Source: Candidatus Heimdallarchaeum aukensis
GTDB lineage: Archaea; Asgardarchaeota; Heimdallarchaeia; Heimdallarchaeales; Heimdallarchaeaceae
Reading direction: 5' to 3'
Assembly: GCA_021513695.1 (NCBI GenBank)
Contig: CP084166.1
Coordinates: forward strand, 544,001 to 608,000
Length of the DNA stretch: 64,000 nucleotides
The notes under the pieces are model-generated. The model had not been told where the DNA came from. It saw nothing but the letters and a program-made list of their open reading frames with translations, and made no database searches. Below, in pieces: positions 18,724 through 27,042 of the stretch. The position numbers and the translations under genes are program-made. Within the stretch, counting starts at the first letter, position 1, and each line of letters opens with the position of its first letter.

Positions 18724-19245
18724 CTATACAGTCCGAAGGAGTAAAAGGTAGTTGTAACAGAGGAGAGAACTATAAAGAGTAGAAAGAATGGTGGAGGGTA
18801 AGTGATCAAGGATTGGGGGAAGAGAGAGTTTGAGGAGACCAAAGACGTGTTCAATACTACTACGATACTCGGGGTGATGATTATGGCGATAGAGACCAGG
18901 GTAGAGACGATGAGCTTGAACTATTGATCCGAGAGGAGGAGAGGGATAACGAGCATTACTTTTTGGGGGAATAACAGGGAAAAAGGAATGTTGTCTAAGA
19001 AGACCGACGATATTTTCTGTCCAGTTGGCACAGTCTCCATAAAATCTCAAGAGCGGTCTCAAGAGTGCAGAAGGAAGTTTCTGCCATAGTAAACCGAAGA
19101 CTTTACTATCGTGAGTGTTACTAGCAGAATGAGCTAAAGAGATTATAGCTCTGGAGGGTAAACCAACTATAAGGTGTATCTTCCAGAAAAGTTTAGTTTG
19201 GAGGTTTTCTTTAGTCCTCCTCTTGCCCACTTGAGAAAACGCCAA
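18724..19245 (-). CDS. IS5-like transposase orfB (C-terminal DDE part). It is probably expressed by frameshifting or is a pseudogene.
   Basis: SIEHVFGLLK...RYE-like C-terminal motif. Confidence 0.6.
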   Translation of the reverse strand: MAFSQVGKRRTKENLQTKLFWKIHLIVGLPSRAIISLAHSASNTHDSKVFGLLWQKLPSALLRPLLRFYGDCANWTENIVGLLRQHSFFPVIPPKSNARYPSPPLGSIVQAHRLYPGLYRHNHHPEYRSSIEHVFGLLKLSLPPILDHLPSTILSTLYSSLLCYNYLLLLRTV

Positions 19246-19670
19246 ACAGAAGCTTGACGGATTTTAAACCCTGAACTATCCACCGCCATAGCTTTCAACC
19301 CTTTTTTTTTCACTATTTCCCCACCTAAGTTTATTATCCACCGCTCTAAAATTTTACTTTCTGTCGCTCTCCACACTGCATGAAAAGTAGATTTGGAAGG
19401 AATCTTCTTCATCCACCCCTCTTCTATCAAAAAATCGCATAGAGACAACTTTTCCTCTAACTTCCTCCAAGCAATTCCTTCTATTCTAGCAATGATCGCT
19501 AAAGCCAGTATCACCCACCTTTCTGCTATTCTTTTTCTCCCTCTCTTACTTTCTCTCGGTTCCTCTTTCACCAGTTTCTTAAGGAAAGGTTCATTAATGA
19601 TTATGAATTCTCTTGCTTTGTGGAGGTCTATGATCTGAAAGAAACTCATACTTCCGACATAAACCCCCAC
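19167..19670 (-). CDS. IS5-like transposase orfA (N-terminal part)
   Basis: Lies within the inverted-repeat-bounded element and overlaps orfB by 79 nt in another frame. Confidence 0.6.
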   Translation of the reverse strand: MGVYVGSMSFFQIIDLHKAREFIIINEPFLKKLVKEEPRESKRGRKRIAERWVILALAIIARIEGIAWRKLEEKLSLCDFLIEEGWMKKIPSKSTFHAVWRATESKILERWIINLGGEIVKKKGLKAMAVDSSGFKIRQASVWRFLKWARGGLKKTSKLNFSGRYTL

Positions 19671-19860
19671 ATTAATAAAAATTAATTTTTGGACATGCTT
19701 GAATAATTAAAATAAAATTCAAGAAAAAATAAAATTTTTTTGAAAACATCCATTTCACTCCTAAATTAAATAATATTAACCAAGAAACTATTTTAGTATT
19801 TCTAGTAAAAATCTAGCTGATTGATAAGTATTTTTAGCAGAAATACTAAGCTTATCGGTG

Positions 19861-20603
19861 ACTTATTTGGTAAAAGTAACAGTTATTAACGGTAGCCCTC
19901 GAAAACAGAAGGGTTATACTGGTTTTTTTTATTCTCAAACCTTTTATTAACGGAATGAAAAAGGCAGGAGGAACAGTAAATGTTTATTATCCTTCAGAGA
20001 TGAAAATCAAACCTTGTATTGGCAATTTAGACTGTTGGGAAAGTGGAAATAAAGAATGTATTATAAACGATGAAATGCAAAAGATGTATACAATCTTAAG
20101 AGAAACAGATATTCTAGCATTAGCTTCACCAGTTTATATTCCTTTACCATCCAAGATGCAGATATTTTAACCGTTTATGCGCTCTTCTTAACCATGAAAC
20201 ATAATTCATAGAAGGTTGTACTAGAGTATCTTTTCGTGAAAATGTAAAAATTTCTAAAATATTGGGTCTAATAACTGGTGGTTGGTGGGAAATAGAAAAC
20301 CTTGATACGGTACTAACTATTTTTAAGGAATTTGCAAATATAGCAAGCGTTAAATTTGTTGGTGCAATCCTTCGTCCTCATACTTGGTTATTAAAAGAAA
20401 ATATACAGAAAAACAAAGAGATTTTGAATAAGATTGAATCTTTAGGTAAACAAGTGATTAAAAGTGGACAGATGGATAAAAGAGATTTAGATTTTGTTAG
20501 CCAACCTCTAACAACAGAGCCTGAATTAAGAAAAATGTTGAATAAAATACATTCTCAAATTTCTTCATTATTATTGAGAGAAAAAAGCAAAAGCAAAGAA
20601 TAG
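19861..20603 (+). pseudogene. Frameshifted NADPH-dependent FMN reductase / iron-sulfur flavoprotein (Isf-like) gene
   Basis: Three frame pieces are present. The first is (L)VKVTVINGSPRKQKGYTG... ending in a stop. The second is ...KPCIGNLDCWESGNKECIINDEMQKMYTILRETDILALASPVY (compact Cys cluster plus flavodoxin-like fold). The third is a C-terminal piece at 20262-20603. Confidence 0.6.
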
Positions 20604-20632
20604 CAAAAAAAGAGGATTATAGAAGAGAGAAA

Positions 20633-21757
20633 CTAAATTATCAATACTCGTTTAAGATTTTGCTCAACTATTTTTTTGAGTAATTTTTCTGAAGTTTCAT
20701 CGAAATTTACAAATCCAGGGTCAATTTTTGAAGCCAGAACAGGATTTTCTTGTAATTCTCTTAAAAGCACATTTAATACAGTCTCTAAAGTTTTATCAAA
20801 TCTTTCTCCAAAAACATATGCTTGGAGAAATCCTGTGGCTGTCGTTCCTATAACTTTGTCTTTGTAAACGACAGTATTGAGTTCAGATTTTCTTTCCATT
20901 ATTTCTTCTAAAGCTTTGGTTACACCAGAGATTAAACCAGAGGTTAAATCTATAGAAACTTCTTTATTAATTTCTTCTTTATCAGAAGTAAAATCATTAT
21001 AATAAACAGGTAATCCACTATCAGTGGTAATCAACAATTGATTTATCTTAGCATTAGATATCATTATATTAAAAGGATCTATTAACAGGGTTATAGACCA
21101 AATAAACCATCCTGCAGCCATTAGAAAAGGTCGTATCGCTCTGAGTATATAACTACTAGAAAAAACTGCAAAAATAACCCAGATAATTATGATGATAAAT
21201 CCAACCACTTGCACAAATAACTGCTTTTTAATGTCTGGATCTTCTGTTCTAAAAAGCTTTGTTGAAATAGGAAGAATAAAAGAAACAATGAAAAAAAGTA
21301 ACATAGGAGCTGTAAGAGCAGGTATCCATATACTATACTTCGCAGTCCAAGCGCCAAGAGTTTCAGAATAACTCAATTCAGTAAAATCAGGTAAAATAAA
21401 AGCTAAAAATAATGCTCCGCCCAAAAAACTAACGATGTTAACAACGGGATGTAGACGATTTGTTTTGAAGTAGATAAAGGAGTAAAAAACGAGAATCATA
21501 CCAAGAATTAATAGACAGTTAAAAAATGACCAAATGGATGAAATTAAGTAAAAGTTATCAAAAATCACCAAGTTTTTAGTAAAAAAGGATGTTATGAACC
21601 GACCTACAGAATCAAATGCCCAAAAAACATAACTCATTCCCAGTAGAAAATGAGAAAGAAAATGTGTTTGTTTGTATGTCTTAAATAAAATAAAACTGCT
21701 TGTAATGAAAGTCAGTTGTTCAAACAAAAATAATCCTATCGAGTAATAAGAAATCAT
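20633..21757 (-). CDS. Polytopic membrane protein with a C-terminal soluble domain (possibly roadblock/LC7-like; weak)
   Basis: About 8 hydrophobic helices followed by a ~130-aa soluble tail (LITTDSGLPVYYND...GLISGVTKALEEIM...). Confidence 0.4.
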   Translation of the reverse strand: MISYYSIGLFLFEQLTFITSSFILFKTYKQTHFLSHFLLGMSYVFWAFDSVGRFITSFFTKNLVIFDNFYLISSIWSFFNCLLILGMILVFYSFIYFKTNRLHPVVNIVSFLGGALFLAFILPDFTELSYSETLGAWTAKYSIWIPALTAPMLLFFIVSFILPISTKLFRTEDPDIKKQLFVQVVGFIIIIIWVIFAVFSSSYILRAIRPFLMAAGWFIWSITLLIDPFNIMISNAKINQLLITTDSGLPVYYNDFTSDKEEINKEVSIDLTSGLISGVTKALEEIMERKSELNTVVYKDKVIGTTATGFLQAYVFGERFDKTLETVLNVLLRELQENPVLASKIDPGFVNFDETSEKLLKKIVEQNLKRVLII

Positions 21758-21948
21758 GTTTAAAAAAACGAGAACTAAAATTTAAATATGTCGAAGAACT
21801 TTTGAGTAATTCTGATAGAAAAGAAAGTTTTGCTTATTGAAATTATCTTGTTCTCTATCGTGTAAACATCAGCTTGAATAGCGTAGTAATTTTAACATGT
21901 TTTTGGTTTGGTCTCTTCAATCTCTTTCTTCTCCCATTATTATTTGTC

Positions 21949-22272
21949 TTACTTCCACTGTTTCTTGGGTCGGATTTTAAGAAGATTGAACCCCATCTGG
22001 TCTTCCTTTTGTTTATGAATACTTATCCAACTCTTATTTCTAGATGTAAGTTTCTTGATGTCTTCTTTCGTTTGTTCATTGATTACAGAAAAAAAGGAAA
22101 GAACAGCTTGGGTAAGATCTTGCTCCTTCTCATGAATTTTCAAATTAATAGTCATTATTTTTTTGCTAAGTTCAAATAACAAAACCTTCCCTTTTTTTAT
22201 GTCATAATAGTCATATACAATTGTTTTAATAGTTTTCAGATTATCAAAAGATGATTGAAGTGTTTGATACAT
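21949..22272 (-). CDS. Small protein immediately downstream of the MNT, a possible HEPN-like partner (weak)
   Basis: 12-bp spacing on the same strand. SRNKSWISIH is only an approximate Rx(4-7)H motif. Confidence 0.3.
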   Translation of the reverse strand: MYQTLQSSFDNLKTIKTIVYDYYDIKKGKVLLFELSKKIMTINLKIHEKEQDLTQAVLSFFSVINEQTKEDIKKLTSRNKSWISIHKQKEDQMGFNLLKIRPKKQWK

Positions 22273-22283
22273 CCATGTTTTGC

Positions 22284-22640
22284 TTAGAGAAAAATTCGAT
22301 CGTAGATCTTCTCCGTACAGTAGTTTATTATGTTGGAAAAAATGATAAAAAAAGGTGCTGAAGTACTGTTAGAGAGAGTATGTATTTGTTCCATACTAAT
22401 AATTTTAATATCCAATTTATGCTGTAGAGAGAGATTACGAAACGAATCTTTAATATCAGTGTATATACGATCCTGAGAAGCTTTTTTCGAAATAACTAAC
22501 AGGTCAATATCGCTGGTTTCAGAAAAAGTTCCACTAGCATAGGATCCTCCCAGCAAAACGGAAACGATTTTTGAGCGAGAAGGAAGTTTTTCAATTTGAT
22601 TAGTAATTATTTTGATAAGTTCATCTTGTAGCTTTGCCAT
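22284..22640 (-). CDS. Minimal nucleotidyltransferase (MNT, Pol-beta superfamily)
   Basis: LLGGSYASGTFSETSDIDLLVIS matches a GS...D.D motif. Confidence 0.7.
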   Translation of the reverse strand: MAKLQDELIKIITNQIEKLPSRSKIVSVLLGGSYASGTFSETSDIDLLVISKKASQDRIYTDIKDSFRNLSLQHKLDIKIISMEQIHTLSNSTSAPFFIIFSNIINYCTEKIYDRIFL

Positions 22641-22646
22641 AATCTT

Positions 22647-24077
22647 TCATCCTTTTTTGGAAAAAAGAAGATAATGTAGACACATCAGTTGTTCAACTAA
22701 TGATAGCGATCTAGTTAGAGAAGAGCAAAAAAGAACACTATATTGAAATTTAATATATGAACAATCCTTGTCTGGATTTATATATAGGGAGAATTTAGTG
22801 TTTGCTGTTTCATTTTCAAAGAGATCAGTTAAAAGTGTTCGATTGTAGTAAATCTTTGTATTTTGTCTATCAACAATCTCATTCTCATCCCACGGAGTAG
22901 CCATCCAACAGTAATGAAGGTATTCATCACCCAGTTTAATTACTGGAATATATTCATCAATATCTGGGGAGGAAGTTAGTTGACGTTCCACATAGCTCTT
23001 ACCATCATATAAACCCATGAAGAGATCATAATCATCAGAAGAGGTTAATTCTTTCTTTGTGTAAATAAAAATATACGAATTATCTTTGCAAGCAATCATA
23101 GATCTATCATAAAATCTTAATCTTTGGTCAAATTCTTTTATTACTTTTGTTTCAAAATAAGAAGCGTTGAATAATCGTGTTCTGAGTATTTTACCACTAT
23201 TAGAAAACAGACCAGGATCGTAGGAAAAAATATCACAATATTCATCTGTGAGGAACAAAGCAATTGGTAGATAATTATTTTCTGCTGTACCCAAAGAATA
23301 TAATTTCCAGCCTTCCACCTTCCATTTTACGGCAAGCAAGGGATAAGAAGAGTCGTAATCTAAATGATTTTCCCACAAAATAAAGACATTTTCACCTCTT
23401 TCCTTAAAATCGCCAGGATCATAGGTGGAATACGACCTTACTTCAGGGAATGTATTATTAAGAAAGAACCATGAATGATTTTTTTCTCGATAAATAGCGG
23501 GTATAGTGCCTTTTTCTTCAATATAACGATATAAATAGGCCATGGATAAGTTTCCTTCATCATTGTAGTACCAATTAAGTAATGATAACATAGTATCCAT
23601 ACGTAAATGAACGGGAAGTTCACGAAATGGCTCATATATTTCCCAAGCTCTTGTTCCTCTCAATTCCATAACTGAACTTCTGTAATCAAAAAATGAGTCA
23701 CGATAATAAAGATAGGTTATTGGTTTGTTTTGTACATTTAAAATAATGTTAACCTCAAGAAAGTCTAGAAATGTAGTTTTTATAATTGGAAAATAATCAA
23801 AATAAGATTCTTTTAGATTTAATTGGCCATAAACCGCACCAGGACAACTATTATTTGCACTTGTAATAACAAAGTGAATGTAACTATCATTTTCAACAAC
23901 AAAATCAGTGTAAGTTCCATTTGCAAATAAGTAATTAGGATACAGATAGGAATGTGTCTTTTTACCATCTGAATTATTGTTCGGTGGTTTAGGATAAAGA
24001 ATAACAATAAAAGAAATAGTTAGTCCTATAATGATTAAACTGGTTATAGCTATTCCAATTATTATTTTTTTCTTCAT
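22647..24077 (-). CDS. Secreted or membrane-anchored hypothetical protein (476 aa)
   Basis: N-terminal signal anchor, Tyr/Asn-rich sequence and no recognisable domain. Confidence 0.45.
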   Translation of the reverse strand: MKKKIIIGIAITSLIIIGLTISFIVILYPKPPNNNSDGKKTHSYLYPNYLFANGTYTDFVVENDSYIHFVITSANNSCPGAVYGQLNLKESYFDYFPIIKTTFLDFLEVNIILNVQNKPITYLYYRDSFFDYRSSVMELRGTRAWEIYEPFRELPVHLRMDTMLSLLNWYYNDEGNLSMAYLYRYIEEKGTIPAIYREKNHSWFFLNNTFPEVRSYSTYDPGDFKERGENVFILWENHLDYDSSYPLLAVKWKVEGWKLYSLGTAENNYLPIALFLTDEYCDIFSYDPGLFSNSGKILRTRLFNASYFETKVIKEFDQRLRFYDRSMIACKDNSYIFIYTKKELTSSDDYDLFMGLYDGKSYVERQLTSSPDIDEYIPVIKLGDEYLHYCWMATPWDENEIVDRQNTKIYYNRTLLTDLFENETANTKFSLYINPDKDCSYIKFQYSVLFCSSLTRSLSLVEQLMCLHYLLFSKKG

Positions 24078-24221
24078 CCTTTTTCACCTTTTTTACGATA
24101 AATTACATAAGTACTCTATTAAGTCTTCGACATCTATACATCCGTACCCTACTCTATAGGAATAATAAGTAGAATAAGTGCCTAGGTTATTTATTGGTTC
24201 TCCAACTTTATCCCAGTGTAG

Positions 24222-24557
24222 TTAATAATAGGAACCGATATTTCTACCACTAGGATCATTCTCGCATGAATAATCAAGACATGCTCCGAAATCTTGATAC
24301 GTTAAAGGATGAGCAGGATCAAGATGATAGTGCATACGTGAAGCTAAATAAGCAGTTACAGCTACTTGAGGTGCAGACATGCTGGTTCCAGTAGCAATAA
24401 TATTTTCCACCACTCCATCATTATCCAAATCGCTCTTCATTTCCACTTTAAATGATGGAGATACACAATCAACAGTCGCTTCACTCAACCCATGATCTTG
24501 CCAAAACAGACTACCAACATACGCACCATCAGTGTTTGGAGAATAGGTGAAAGACAT
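24222..24557 (-). pseudogene. C-terminal fragment of a subtilisin-like (S8) serine peptidase
   Basis: Contains the catalytic-Ser signature GTSMSAPQVA. Only ~110 aa are present, and the upstream Asp and His regions are absent. Confidence 0.55.
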
Positions 24558-24562
24558 TCTAC

Positions 24563-25276
24563 ATGTTTCATGACTTTCAAGTTCAAGATGGTATTAACCT
24601 TTACAATTCCAATGGTTTTATTATAAAAAATAATACCATTTCCTATGGCGGGTATGGACTATTTGTATCTGAATCTTCACACGGGGTATATACTAATAAT
24701 ACTTGTATAGAAAATAGCAAATATGGTGTTTATATAAAATATGGATACAACATTTCTATCAATGAAAACAACTGCAGCGCTAATGATCAAGGTATAAATC
24801 TTTACAACTCTTCTACAATTTATATCCACAATAATAGCATAAGTAAAAACACTATTGGACTGACTTTTGATCTCTCTAATCATTCAATCATCACTTTTAA
24901 TTCATTTGAGAAGAATGAACAATATGCAATAATTATGGATTCTTCATCTTCTTCTAATCTCATCCATCATAATACGTTTATTGACAACAACTTGCAAGGA
25001 ACATCTCAAGCTTGTGATAATGGTCATAATAATACTTGGTATGACCAATCAACAAAAACTGGTAATTATTGGTCTGATAGAAAAGGGATAGGAAAATATT
25101 ACATAGATGGTAATAGTAAATCGTATGATAAATACCCCCTAAAAAATCTCCCTCAACAATGTGCTGAAAAAACTTCTATTGATTTTCTCATCATTCTGAT
25201 CTCTTTTCTCTCTACAGTTATTTTGTCTTATGTCATAAGAAACAAGTATGCATTCAGACAATTACGATTTAGATAG
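24563..25276 (+). pseudogene. 5'-truncated duplicate of the beta-helix surface protein gene at 32042-33466 (corresponding to its region ~32780-33466)
   Basis: About 93% nucleotide identity by direct comparison. The fragment begins mid-domain at ...DFQVQDGINLYNS and abuts the subtilase fragment on the opposite strand. Confidence 0.65.
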
Positions 25277-25279
25277 GTT

Positions 25280-25560
25280 TTATCCATCAGCTAATCCAAT
25301 CACTTCTCCTCTCTTAGTGAGATAAACATCAATTTCCGCTGCTTTTTTTGCTATAACATAGTCAATAGGTAGTATATCAAATCTAGATAAGTCCTGCTCA
25401 GCTTCCTCAAGTTTATTTGAAAATATAGCTGGCTTGTTACTATAAAGATAGTATATACCGCGTAAATATTCTTGGGCAGTAATCACAGATATGGCTTTAT
25501 AGCTTGGCCCCCTATCAATTTGCTTTGCTTTTTCTAAAGCATTTGGAACAGAGTTTGATA
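25280..25560 (-). pseudogene. Possible PIN-domain (VapC-like) fragment, truncated at its 3' end by the duplicated segment
   Basis: ...FDILPIDYVIAKKAAEIDVYLTKRGEVIGLADG* resembles the middle of a PIN domain. The ORF stops 4 nt from the junction. Confidence 0.3.
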
Positions 25561-25567
25561 CATATAT

Positions 25568-25840
25568 ATGATTAAGAATATGATTAAGATGGCGAAGAAT
25601 ATAGCAGTCTCTGATGAACTCTACAAATTGCTGAAACGGTTAAAACGTCCTGGTGAAAGTTTTACTGATGTGATTTTAAGATCAATAAAACATTCAACCT
25701 CTATAATGGATATTGCAGGTAAAAAAACAATACCCCTAGAAGAGTGGGAAAAACTCAAAAAATTATTTGAAGCGAAAGAAATAGAGGATTACAAGTGTAA
25801 AAGAGATTTGCTTGAGAAGGCTAATAATGTATCTTATTGA
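25568..25840 (+). CDS. Small antitoxin-like protein (archaeal VapB/CopG-like). The probable true start is the MAKNIA codon at 25589.
   Basis: MAKNIAVSDELYKLLKRLKRPGESFTDVILRSI is characteristic of small archaeal antitoxin-like proteins. Confidence 0.5.
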   Translation: MIKNMIKMAKNIAVSDELYKLLKRLKRPGESFTDVILRSIKHSTSIMDIAGKKTIPLEEWEKLKKLFEAKEIEDYKCKRDLLEKANNVSY

Positions 25841-25916
25841 CACAGATTTTATAATATATATTCATATGTATTATTAAAAATTTCCTAATCACATGCTCCA
25901 AAAAAAATAAAGAATG

Positions 25917-26981
25917 TTAATTATCATAGAATCGTAAATAGAAATAACTGCTAGGATCACCATCTTCAAGTACAGGAACAGAAGTGTAGGCATCAACATA
26001 ATCTTTTATTGTGTCAAAAACATTTTCTAAGTCAAGGTCAAAATTTATCCATTCACAACTGGAGCTATCCCAGTATTGTTTTATAAAATAACCTGTAAGA
26101 GCTCCATGGTAGTTGCTTCCATCCGGCATATAATTAAAGAATTTAGCTTGAGTAGTTTCATTGTATCTACACGCTGCAATCATAAGTACATTCTCTGAGG
26201 CTTGAATAGACATTATTTCATTCATTCCTCCAGAAAAGCATGAATCAATAAAAACAAGTAATTTTGATTCATAAGTCGTAGTTGAATCAGAACAAGCAAA
26301 TTTATCAAAAAGTATCTTTAAATTATAGTCATAAAGAAATTCATCTATTCCATAAGCTTGAACACTATGCTCTTCTTCATTATAACTATATCCATGCCCC
26401 GAGTAAATAAAGAATATTAAGTCATTTGGATCAGAATTTTCAACAACATTAGCTGTAACATCGTAAATATTTTGTAGTGTTGCTTGATGATAATCAAAGT
26501 TAAAGATACCACCTCCAGGACCTGATGTGTCAGGTAAATCAAAAAGACTTTCTCGATTTACAGATTCTTCGTGGCCAAGTAGGTGAACATTCATAGAAAA
26601 AGAAACAATATCATAAGTTTCTGGTTGTTGATCAAATAATTCAAAAAGAGCTGAAGCCCACATACACCATAAAATTGCATCTTCCCACGCACCAGCACAA
26701 TATTGTCCAGTTTGATCTTGACCAATACCGATAATAATAAACTCTGCCTTAATTTTATTGTCAGTGCCACTAGGATAGTCTATTACTGGAATAGTTGGTC
26801 CATTAACTCCTCCCCCATCACCGGTACCAGGATCAAGTTCAAAACCTTTTGTCAATAAGACTTCTTGAAAGAGTGTATTATTTATACTAGAACATAGTAA
26901 TGTCGATAAAATAAATAACGTAATAAAAATATTTTTATTAATTTTATTCACAGACCTATTAAAAAAATAACAACATCCCAT
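25917..26981 (-). CDS. Secreted caspase-fold cysteine peptidase (C14/C13-like)
   Basis: Signal peptide present. His-Gly dyad in FFIYSGHGY and catalytic Cys in VFIDSCFSGG. Confidence 0.6.
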   Translation of the reverse strand: MGCCYFFNRSVNKINKNIFITLFILSTLLCSSINNTLFQEVLLTKGFELDPGTGDGGGVNGPTIPVIDYPSGTDNKIKAEFIIIGIGQDQTGQYCAGAWEDAILWCMWASALFELFDQQPETYDIVSFSMNVHLLGHEESVNRESLFDLPDTSGPGGGIFNFDYHQATLQNIYDVTANVVENSDPNDLIFFIYSGHGYSYNEEEHSVQAYGIDEFLYDYNLKILFDKFACSDSTTTYESKLLVFIDSCFSGGMNEIMSIQASENVLMIAACRYNETTQAKFFNYMPDGSNYHGALTGYFIKQYWDSSSCEWINFDLDLENVFDTIKDYVDAYTSVPVLEDGDPSSYFYLRFYDN

Positions 26982-27042
26982 ATTTAAATATTTCGGATAA
27001 TAGGAAACAATATTTATTAATGTCTATAAAGCACATACCATA

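Larger units (their letters stand above)
18694..19710 (-). mobile_element. IS5/IS4-family-like insertion sequence (~1.0 kb) with 17-bp terminal inverted repeats AAGCATGTCCAAAAATT. It carries two overlapping transposase ORFs (19167-19670 and 18724-19245) related by a frameshift.
   Basis: Inverted repeats read at 18694-18710 and 19694-19710. orfB contains the IEHVFGLLK motif typical of the DDE_Tnp_1 C-terminus. orfA is basic (KRGRKRIAERW). Confidence 0.65.
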
